DNA from: Octopus sinensis
Taxonomy: Eukaryota
Length of the DNA: 11,256 bases
NCBI RefSeq assembly: GCF_006345805.1
Contig: NW_021827032.1
Location: 1 to 11,256 of the forward strand
Direction of reading: 5' to 3'
The notes under the pieces were generated by a model, which did not search any database, was not told where the DNA came from, and saw nothing but the letters and a program-made list of their open reading frames with translations. The stretch's first letter is position 1. Each line of letters opens with the position of its first letter. Positions 1-7,789 of this stretch are shown piece after piece. The translations under genes were made by a program, and so were the position numbers.

Positions 1-1
1 A

Positions 2-328
2 TACAAAACATCTGTCAAATGGGGTAGACAAAGAAATGGATGTACCGTCATAACGGTCGGCTGTCCTATTGATATGAATATCTTTTTGAAAATCAATGAG
101 AAAAAACTAACTCTGGTAAAAAAAACTAACCTCCAACTTCTATATCTGGATTACAAATTTACATTTATATCTATAGAAGCTTGGTTTTGTAAGTAAATGC
201 CTAACTGTGAGGTTGGATAAGCTAGGATTCTCAGAAAAAGATATCAACCAACTGATTCGCCCATTGCAAATCAGTCTGTATGCGGAACAGTAAAATTCTG
301 CAAGACTTTTCTAAAGTTTAAAATGTGA
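2..328 (+). mobile_element. Decayed C-terminus of an RLE-type (R4/Dong-like) non-LTR retrotransposon ORF, frameshifted and cut by the window edge
   Basis: Manual translation. Frame 2 (2-193): ...WGRQRNGCTVITVGCPIDMNIFLKINEK...NLQLLYLDYKFTFISIEA. Frame 3 (180-): LGFVSKCLTVRLDKLGFSEKDINQLIRPLQIS. Frame 2 again (281-328): CGTVKFCKTFLKFKM*. This follows the RLE C-terminal pattern (I(D/E)VxCP...EK...PIxxGALG...terminal helix). Recognised by eye. Confidence 0.7.
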
Positions 329-430
329 CATTGGTTTTGTTATCTAAATTCGAAAGATAGAGCTTTGTATCATTGTAAGAAACCAGCTCGCTCTTCAGAG
401 CAAGAATTTAAATGATTAAATACAGAAGAG

Positions 431-603
431 ACATACATACATACATACATACATACATACATACATACATACATACATACATACATACATACATACACAC
501 ACACGCGCGCATACATACATACCTACATACACACACGCATACATACATACATACATACATACATACATACATACATACATACATACATACATACATACAT
601 ACA
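431..603. repeat. (ACAT)n tetranucleotide microsatellite with an (AC)n/(GC) interruption near 495-540
   Basis: Directly visible tandem ACAT units. Confidence 0.98.
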
Positions 604-679
604 AGATTCAGTAAGCATGTTACCTATAACTCCGACTTTTGTAGTGGTTACTCACTCTTTTGTACATATTAAATGGAAA

Positions 680-732
680 AAGTACTGCGGTCGATTCGCA
701 GACTGAAACAAGTAAAGAAAAAAAGAGAAAAG
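680..732 (+). mobile_element. Short SINE 3'-tail fragment
   Basis: 'ggtcgatt...gactgaaacaagtaaag' matches the reverse complement of the SINE tail at 4345-4370 (cttttacttgtttcagtc). Confidence 0.45.
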
Positions 733-734
733 AT

Positions 735-930
735 ATGTATGTTATGTGTTTGTGTATGCGTATATATACATTTACACACACACACACGCAAATAAGGTAA
801 TAAAATGTGTGTATATGTATATATAGTGTGTGCGAGTGTGTTTGCGTGTGTGTTTGTCTGTGTGTTTGTCTGTGTATGTTTGTGTGTATGTTTGTGTGTG
901 TGTGTGCGTGTGTGTGCGTGCGTATGTGTA
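735..930. repeat. Compound (TG)n/(CA)n/(TA)n microsatellite
   Basis: Directly visible TG/CA-rich degenerate dinucleotide repeats. Confidence 0.9.
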
Positions 931-1075
931 TTGCAGTTTGACCATTGAAGAAGGGAGGTTTCATTACACAGTGTACTATTTATGCTTTATTCAAGCTGAT
1001 TTTCCTTGGTACTCGAGTTTCATGCTGCTGCGATCGTCAGACGAGATCAATTCTGTTTATATATATAATATATAC

Positions 1076-1159
<84 letters not shown>

Positions 1160-1171
1160 GATAGATAGATA
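1076..1171. repeat. (AGAT)n tetranucleotide microsatellite
   Basis: Near-perfect tandem GATA units. Confidence 0.98.
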
Positions 1172-1231
1172 TACACACACATGCATATATATACATACTT
1201 ATATTCAAACATACATATATGCATACATAAA

Positions 1232-1409
1232 TTCTGTTGCTGGTTTAAGTCATTGGACAGCAGCCATACTAGAGTGTATCTTGTAAGATACACTCAGTTA
1301 CATTCGTGCTAATACGTAGATTATCGACCTAGGGACGATGAAATCAAAAATGGATTTTGTCGCTCGAGATCTGAGCGCAGGACATCACTGGACGTAACCA
1401 AACATCGCC
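1232..1409 (-). mobile_element. Degenerate SINE fragment (type-A body with the 'gactgaaacaag' tail)
   Basis: 'tttaagtcattggacagcagccatactagag' resembles 4354-4385 'tttcagtcatttgactttggccatactggag'. 'ttatcgacc...gatgaaa' is the reverse complement of the type-A body (tttcatcc...ggtcgataa). Confidence 0.6.
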
Positions 1410-1612
1410 ATAATGTTACATTATGACTGGTTCAATAGAGAGGATGTAGCTATGTAAAGCAATCTCAAATACTTTCTGATGCAATAAAGTGATGTCATTT
1501 TACACTTGGTGTTCAGATTCTGCACTTGTGCAAGTTACTTCACATTCTTCCGGGTTTGATAAAACATGTACCAGTTGTATACTTGTCTGATAGACTCTAA
1601 CATCCTGCACAT

Positions 1613-1859
1613 TTCTTAGAATTAGCTGAATTATTAAAGTTTTGAAGAAAATGGCTTTCATAATTCCTTTCGGCCTTATCTTCTTTGAGATCAAATCTTG
1701 TGCTCAACTTTGCCTTTCGTCCTTTCTGAAAACGATCTAATCAATTGTACCCTTTCCTTCTTCACTTAATTCCTGGCCTTGTGCTTGTATAGGAGATAAA
1801 AAGAAGTAGATTGACAGTGAATCGGTGAATCTTTAAAGCGTCGGAGAAATTGCTTTGTG
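1613..1859 (+). repeat. Copy 1 of a ~248-bp direct duplication (degenerate type-A SINE plus head of a second SINE)
   Basis: Aligns end to end with 2226-2474, roughly 90% identical by eye. Confidence 0.92.
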
Positions 1860-2013
1860 GGGATAAAGGTTTAATAATTCAAATCGATCAAGTATATGAC
1901 GAACTATATTGATCTGGCAAATGATAGAGATCTACGGTAAGTGAAATGGATCTTGTAATTATAGGGACAGAGGTATAAACAGTATTTTATTAACCACTAT
2001 TTCAGGAATTATG

Positions 2014-2200
2014 AAGACGCATGTCCTAATGATTATGGTGTGGAACTCACAAGTGCAAGACCATGGTTTCTATTCCTAAACTGAGCGGTGTGTTGTGCTC
2101 ATTCTCGTTGCTTTACCATCACTTCAACATCTGACGTATTGCCCACCGTGTCTCTGTACAGATGATATCGATTTGATGAAGGGAGTCAGCTAATGTCCAC
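2014..2200 (+). mobile_element. tRNA-derived SINE, type B, degenerate
   Basis: Head 'gacgcatgtcctaatgattatgg...ggtttctattcc' and body 'atcgatttgatgaagggagt' match the minus-strand copy at 5185-5452 (ggcgcatggcttattggtaagg...ggtttcaattcc; atcgatttgacggagggagt). Confidence 0.7.
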
Positions 2201-2225
2201 CGATTCAGAATTTTAAAATAAGGCG

Positions 2226-2474
2226 TTCTTAGAATTAGCTGAATTATTAGAGCTTTGAAGAAAATGGCTTACACAATTCCTTTCGGCCTTTACTCTTTTA
2301 AGATCAAATATTGTTGTGGTCAACTTTGCCTCTCGTTCTTTCTGAAAACGATCTAATCAATTGTACTATCCCCTCGTCACTTAATTGCTGGCCTTGTGCT
2401 TGTATAGGAGATAAAGAGTAGTAGATTGACAGTGAATAGGTGAATCTTTAAAGCGTCGGAGAAATTGCTTTGTG
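2226..2474 (+). repeat. Copy 2 of the ~248-bp direct duplication
   Basis: Aligns with 1613-1859. Confidence 0.92.
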
Positions 2475-2637
2475 TTACTTGATCCGGCTTTTTAACGTTC
2501 TGAGTTCAATCCCACTGGGGCTGGTTTTGCTTTTCATCCTTGCGGGGTCGATAAAATAAGTACCAGTCGATCACTGGGATCGATGTAATTGACTTTATCC
2601 TTACCCAAAATTTCAGACTGTGGTAATTACAAAAAGT
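2415..2637 (+). mobile_element. tRNA-derived SINE, type A
   Basis: 'acgttctgagttcaatccc' (B-box-like) and 'ggggtcgataaaataagtaccagt...ctgggatcgatgtaattgactt...cccaaaatttcag' match the copies at 9732-9935 and 10014-10188. Confidence 0.85.
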
Positions 2638-2639
2638 TT

Positions 2640-3600
2640 TTCTTCGGTAATTTCATACGAGTTTCTACTGCACCACCTGGTGCATTTCTGTATTCCTGAG
2701 GTGTGTGCGGTATTGTGTGAATATTAGGGTATTATATACTCCCCCTGCTGGCGTACTGCAACAGATTGTTTTGTTATGCGATTTACCTTTTTGACTCTTG
2801 TTATATTAGTGTATATTCTGTTGTGTACTGGGTGTGTAATGCAAGTTGTGTTATTTTATTGGACCTTAATCTAGAACAGTGTATTTTGCATGATCTGTCT
2901 TGTTTTATTCTATTCGGTATTAGAGTATCTTGCGTGTGGAGATTGTTCTCCTGGAGCTATACTGAACTATTGAGCTATTATTGAACTGTTAGTGTCTTGC
3001 GCAAGTTTTGTGCTATTCCCAGCAGAGCTATTTCTTAAACGGTATCTAGTGTTGTGAGCCCTGTAATTGCTTCAATGTTTTTTTACATATTTTTAAATCA
3101 TGCCTAATTCATCAGTTACAAGTGGTATCACTTTCATTCTTGATGTTGGAGATTAGGGTGAAAACAATTTCAAGATTTTATATATATCATATATATTTGG
3201 ATAGCTTCCCCACAACTTTTCTGTCAAGATTTTCATCAGAAGGGATTTCAGTGTCTATCAATATACATGTGTTTCTATTCCAGTCATTTATCATTACGTC
3301 TGGACGGTTCACCTTGAGGTGTTCTGTCCATTTGGACGGGTATATCCCAGATTATTGTGGCCAGGTGGTTGTCATGTACATGTATGTGTTTGGTACATGT
3401 TCGTATTACTTCTTGTTTCCACATTGAAGTTTTAGCATATTGCTCAGTGGAAGTAGCTGCCAACACGATCATGCCCGTGTATATATTCGGGTTTGATAAG
3501 GGCTGAGCAATCGGAAATGATGTAGTCGACTATTTGGTTGTGCTGGTTGCACATCCTGCATTTGGTATTAAACTCCGTTCTTATTATTTTATTTCATTTT
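2640..3600 (-). mobile_element. 5'-truncated, decayed RLE-type (R4/Dong-like) non-LTR retrotransposon: zinc knuckle, PD-(D/E)xK endonuclease and probable 3' UTR
   Basis: Minus-strand translation across frameshifts and stops: KCRMCNQHNQIVDYIISDCSALIKPEYIHGHDRVGSYFH*AIC (CCHC knuckle with H>Y; CRMC at 3560-3549), ATIIWDIPVQMDRT, NRPDVMINDWNRNTCILIDTEIPSDENLDRKVVGKLSKY (RPD at 3306-3298), MKVIPLVTDELGMI, EIALLGIAQNLRKTLTVQ* (stop 2980-2978). The 3' UTR extent down to ~2640 is inferred. Confidence 0.88.
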
Positions 3601-3640
3601 CCATCTTTTCGGAAATGATGAAATATATAGTAGCAATCCT

Positions 3641-3743
3641 AGGCGGTAGGTTGGCAGAACTGTAAAGAACGTTGAACCGGATACCTTGCGATATTTGTTC
3701 CGACTCTTAGCATTCTGAGTTCAAATCCCATCTTAGACGACTT
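3641..3743 (+). mobile_element. Type-A SINE head, 3'-truncated
   Basis: 'aggcggtaggttggcagaa...ttctgagttcaaatccc...gacgactt' matches the first ~100 nt of the type-A copies. Similarity stops at the 'gtcgacttt' motif. Confidence 0.8.
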
Positions 3744-3744
3744 G

Positions 3745-3813
3745 GGTGGTAGACTTATTTCGTGGTCCTATTTAACCCCCACCACTGGGAACTTGGATGT
3801 CCTTAGTGAAGTC
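3745..3813 (+). ncRNA. Candidate degenerate HDV-like ribozyme fold
   Basis: P1 GGUGGU(3745-50)/ACCACU(3781-86) with G1-U wobble; GG follows (3787-88) and could pair CC 3767-68 (P1.1); P2 GACUU(3752-56)/AAGUC(3809-13); J4/2-like CUUA (3802-05). P3/L3 is non-canonical. Confidence 0.3.
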
Positions 3814-4333
3814 CACCTTGATGCAAGCAATCGGGCCGGGCAGGTTTGAGTATAACGTCCGTCCTTCCTTCCTTACTTCCTTCCCCTCATTCATCGCGAA
3901 AGCCCTGTAATGCGTCATAGGTACTGCTTCCCCACCTAGAAATAGATTGGTTGAACTGGAAGTGGGTCGGCAAGAGAGGCACATCCTTCAGCGCTCAAAA
4001 CCTTCTCAAAACTTCGAAGGCTGATATAAATAGAAAACACACATTTTTGTGAGTTTAATCGTTTGGACGTCTACCTGACCAGGATGTACTCAATGACCTC
4101 AACAGTAAACGTAACAGCAACAACAGCAATTACCGCTATCATGAGCCAACAAGGATAGCCTTTAAGGGCTCGTTGCCCGATCTTCAGGAAATTAACAGTT
4201 AAAAATCCTTTAAACTGGGTGGGGGGCTCAACGACCGGGCCTCAAATAAGTGCCGGGACATGGATCATTTTGTATCAGGCACCACTGAAGGAAGACATTT
4301 TTTCATTTGCTTCTATTCAATTGATTTTCGAAG

Positions 4334-4710
4334 TCTCTTTTGCTCTTTTACTTGTTTCAGTCATTTGACTTTGGCCATACTGGAGCACAGCCATTAGTTG
4401 ATGGAGAAAATCGACCCCATGGCTTATTCTTTGTAAGCCTAGTACTTATTCTATCGGTCTCTTTTGCCGAACCGCTAAGTTACGGGGACGTAAACACACC
4501 AGCATCGGTTGTCAAGCAATGTTGAGAGGAGACACACAAACATATATACACACATACATATATACGACAGGCTTCTTTCAGTTTCCGTCTACCAAATCCA
4601 CTCACAAGGCTTTGGTCGGCCCGAGACACTTGCCCAAGGTGCCACGCAGTGGGACTGAACCCGAAACCATGTGGTTCGTAAGCAAGCTACTTACCGCACA
4701 GCCACTTCTA
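4334..4710 (-). mobile_element. Near full-length tRNA-derived SINE, type C, with CORE-like motif and internal (TA/TG) microsatellite
   Basis: Minus strand: A-box-like TGGCTGTGCGG, B-box-like GGGTTCAGTCCC (4662-4651), then GTGGCACCTTGGGCAAGTGT (4645-4625; resembles the CCTTGGGCAAG start of CORE-type domains), internal repeat 4532-4565, tail ...gactgaaacaagtaaaagag. Confidence 0.88.
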
Positions 4711-4771
4711 CGCCTAGATGTTCTTTTCCTTTTTCTTTCTTCTTTTTTCTTTACATTATATATGTATCATA

Positions 4772-5166
4772 TCTTTATATATAAAAGTAAGGTTGTGTGT
4801 CTGTCTCCTACGATTTAGATTCCTAACTACTCCCAATTTTGCGATGCAGTTTAACCAAACCGGGTATCTTATAGTCGTGATTCATATCAAGCCCTTCTGG
4901 GTATTAGCGCGCTCTACGATGAGTCTACAATTTAAAAAAAAATTTACATCATTTTTTTTCCATTTTAATGCATTTTTTCGCTATTATATAAGGGAAGTAA
5001 CTCTCTAAAAATGTCTACGATGAGTCAACGATTTTTAAAAAAAATTACCATCATTTTTTTTCCATTTTTAATGCATTTTTTTGCTATCTTTTGGCTATAA
5101 CTCTCTAAAAATGCTTATATAGTTATTTCCCTTACAAACCCGAGCAACGCCGGGCGATACTGCTAG
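4772..5166 (+). mobile_element. Non-autonomous Helitron (395 bp)
   Basis: 5' TC start (A4771|TCTTTATATATAAAAG); 3' GC-rich hairpin CCCG-A-GC-AAC-GC-CGGG (5139-5154) ending 8 nt before CTAG (5163-5166); T at 5167. This gives insertion in an A|T dinucleotide with no target-site duplication. Confidence 0.88.
4913..5113 (+). repeat. Two-copy ~100-bp tandem repeat inside the Helitron
   Basis: Units 4913-5013 and 5014-5113 both start tctacgatgagtc and end taactctctaaaaatg. Confidence 0.93.
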
Positions 5167-5184
5167 TATGTAATAAATATATAA

Positions 5185-5452
5185 TGATGGTAGTTCCCGT
5201 AGTTCGAGAAGGACGATTCTGCAATGTCTTACTGAACACCCTGCACAAATGATTGTGCTCTTCGTTTGTGCACTCCCTCCGTCAAATCGATGAGGTCAGA
5301 ACAGGTATACAGTGTACCGCACGCCAGGTGTTGCAGCGATCACAGATCAACGTGAAGCGCAATGTTTTGCTCAAGAACACAACGCACCAGGAATTGAAAC
5401 CACGACATCGCGATCGTGAGCGCAACGCCCTTACCAATAAGCCATGCGCCCT
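5185..5452 (-). mobile_element. tRNA-derived SINE, type B
   Basis: Minus strand: agggcgcatggcttattggtaagg (A-box-like), ggtttcaattcc (B-box-like, 5401-5390), gttgtgttcttgagcaaaaca. Body shared with 2014-2200. 3' boundary approximate. Confidence 0.82.
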
Positions 5453-5538
5453 AACTATATGTAATAATTATGTATTATATACGTAATGATTGACTTATGT
5501 GTTATGTACTTTATTGTATATTATTATGTGCGTGATCT

Positions 5539-5604
5539 CCCGGTCCGATGAAAAAAATTGTCTTGCATGAAAGCGATTCGTGTTGTAAAATTTGGGTACT
5601 TCTG
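5539..5604 (+). mobile_element. Right-end fragment of a hAT/Charlie (MER1-like) DNA transposon or MITE
   Basis: ggtccgatgaaaaaaattgtcttgcatgaaagcgattcgtgttgtaaaatttgggtacttctg aligns by eye with the recalled MER1-type end ggtccgtggaaaaattgtcttccacgaaaccggtccctggtgccaaaaaggttggggaccgctg. No left end found. Confidence 0.5.
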
Positions 5605-5689
5605 CTTTTAACCACACCTAATATCTTAAAAACAGGGGAGGGGGGTCACATTAGGCAATATATCCTCCTCTGATATATACCAAGGCTGG

Positions 5690-5760
5690 TGAGAGCTGGA
5701 CACCTTTCATTAGAGGTCTGCTCGACCAAGGCAGGCCTAGGGGGCGAAACCACAACTACG
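5690..5760 (+). mobile_element. Possible retroposon 3'-tail fragment
   Basis: 'gaggtctgctcgaccaaggcaggcctagggggcgaaaccacaac' resembles a recalled octopus retroposon tail ending in (CAA)n. No second copy in this window to confirm it. Confidence 0.25.
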
Positions 5761-5773
5761 CTTCCTCTACAAG

Positions 5774-5791
5774 CATCATTATCATCATCAC

Positions 5792-5822
<31 letters not shown>

Positions 5823-6521
5823 TCGCACATCATAACAATACCGTCATCATCATCATCATCATCGTCATCATCGTTATCATCGTCATCACCATCATCATCA
5901 GCAGCAGCAGCAGCAATAGCAGCATCGCCGTTATTACCAGCATCAACATCATTGTCATCGCCATCATCATCGTCGTCGTAGTCGTCATCACTACCATCAT
6001 CAGCATCATCGTCGTCGTTGTCGTCGTCGTCGTTGTCGTCGTCGTCGTTGTCATCATAATCATCGTTATCAGTTTCGTTCCCATCATCCTCATCATCGTC
6101 GTCGTCGTCGTCATCGTCCTCCTCATCATAATTACCCTCATTGTCATCATCACCATCAGCATCATCATTGCCATCATTTTCGTCGAAGTCTTCATCATCA
6201 CCACCACCACCACCACCATCACAACCACTACTACCATCACCATAGTCAGCATCACCACCATCATCATCATCACTTCCACTATTACCACCACCACCACCAC
6301 ATCCACCACCACAACTACCACCGCCGCCGCCACCACCACCACCATCACCACAACCACCACTACCACCACAATGCTATACCACCAGCCTACCACCACCACA
6401 ACTACCACCACCACAACTACCACCACCATGCCCTACCACCAGCCCACCACCACTAGCCCACCACCACCACCACCACCGCCACCACCACACCGCCTCTACC
6501 ACCATCACCACCACCACCACC
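5774..6521. repeat. Compound trinucleotide array (CAT/CGT/CAG/CAC/TAC)n
   Basis: Directly visible ~750-bp array shifting from CAT/CGT-rich to CAC-rich. Confidence 0.97.
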
Positions 6522-6590
6522 AATATAAAGTTATTGTTAAGGTTATCGATCACTGTGGGCGCTCAGCTGCCATTGAACGTCAGAGTGAGA

Positions 6591-6622
6591 GGGACGAGGG
6601 GGTATAGAGGGTGTAATAGGGG
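6591..6622 (+). other. Canonical G-quadruplex motif
   Basis: GGG-acga-GGGGG-tataga-GGG-tgtaata-GGGG fits G3+N1-7 x4. Folding untested. Confidence 0.5.
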
Positions 6623-6714
6623 TGGAGGTGAAGGAGAGGGGATTGATTGGTTGGCGTGGGGGGTTGGTTGGCTGGTTGTGAAGTGGGTGTATGATGATGT
6701 GTGAGATTAGCAGT

Positions 6715-7431
6715 ATTGAGAGAGAGGAGGAGACCGGAGAGAGAGAGAGAGAGAGACTTATATAGAGGCAAACAGAGAAAGACGATGATAAGAGTGGGAT
6801 AAAGAGAGAGGTGGACTGAGAGAGATGTATTGAGAGAGATGTATTGAGAGAGACGGGGAGAGAGAGAGATGCAGGGAGAGAGAGAGTGGTGTGTGAGAGA
6901 GAGAGAAAGGCGGTCAGAAAGAGAAAGAGTGACAAATACTGAGGAAGACAGAGATAGGGGGAGGAGACAGATAGGAGATAGGAGAGAGGGAAATTGGGAG
7001 AGAGAGTGATTGAAAGATAGAAAGCATTAGAGAGAGAGAGAGAGAGAGAGAGAGACAAATACAGGCTTAGAAGCAGAGAGAGAGAAGAGAGCGACAGAGA
7101 TAAGCATAGAGGGAGAAAGAGGGAGAGAGAGTGACAGAGAATTATATAGACAGACAGAGAGAGAGAAAGAGGGAGAGGGATATAGAGACAATGGGTGGAG
7201 ACACAGACATAGAAGTTGAGAGAGAGGGGGAGAAAGGGAGTGAGAGTGATTAAAAGTCAAAGAGGGTGAGAGAGACATAATTTAAAAGCAGAGAGAGAGA
7301 GAGAGATGCCAGCAGAGGTAAAGAAAGAAGCATATAATGGTAGAGACAGATGTAGAAGAAGAGAGAAACAGAAGAGAGATACAGAGAGACAGAGATGAAG
7401 AAAGAAAGGGAGGGAATTTATAGATACAAAC

Positions 7432-7462
<31 letters not shown>

Positions 7463-7725
7463 CAAAAAAGAGTGAGACGGACAGACATAGAAAAAGGGAG
7501 AAAGAAATAGATACAGGAGGTAGGGGAGAGAAAGAGAGACATAATAGAAGAGCGAGAGATAGTGAAAGTAAAGGAGAGAAGGAGAGAGAGAGACAAAAAG
7601 GGTGAGACAGAGAGACATAGAAAAGGGAGAGAGAAGCAGATACAGGAGGGAGGGAGGGAGAGAGAGACATAATGGAAGAGAAAGAGAGAGATAGTGAAAG
7701 TAAGAGAGAGAGAGGGAGAGAAAGG
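6715..7725. repeat. ~1-kb polypurine (GA)-rich low-complexity tract
   Basis: Plus strand is overwhelmingly A/G with (GA)n runs, e.g. 7028-7056 and 7436-7463. Confidence 0.95.
7459..7703 (+). repeat. ~131-bp two-copy tandem duplication inside the GA tract
   Basis: gagacaaaaa..gtgagac..agacatagaaaa..agatacaggagg..gagacataat.gaagag..gatagtgaaagtaa occurs from 7459 and again from 7590. Confidence 0.85.
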
Positions 7726-7789
7726 CGGAGCGTTTACGGCAGAGTCAGCTGGCAATTGGATAAACTTAATATATTAGACAAAATAATAC

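Noticed and set aside
408-1293. ORFs such as MYVCMYVC…, IHTY… and IYLS…
   Set aside because: They are translations of (ACAT)n, (TG)n and (AGAT)n microsatellites, which lack stops in some frames.
1930-1945. Perfect splice donor CG|GTAAGT
   Set aside because: No acceptor or open frame upstream, and the context resembles a degenerate minus-strand SINE body.
3109-3239. Minus-strand CTGATGA hammerhead core motifs (3115-3109, 3239-3233)
   Set aside because: Both lie inside the LINE coding remnant (codons for T-D-E and S-D-E), and I found no flanking stems with GAAA and a cleavage triplet.
4070-4190. Minus-strand hydrophobic frame FLKIGQRALKGYPCWLMIAVIAVVAVTFTVEVIEYILVR* as a transmembrane exon
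   Set aside because: Weak splice signals, hydrophobicity explained by a short (GTT/GCT) repeat, and no recognisable family.
4600-4710. tRNA gene (also considered at 5380-5452 and 9732-9810)
   Set aside because: A/B-box-like motifs are present, but there is no complete cloverleaf and each continues into a SINE body.
4913-5113. CRISPR-like or regularly spaced repeat array
   Set aside because: Only two adjacent ~100-bp units, no unique spacers, eukaryotic context, and located inside a Helitron.
5253-5486. 77-aa plus-strand ORF with normal-looking composition
   Set aside because: It is the antisense reading of the type-B SINE.
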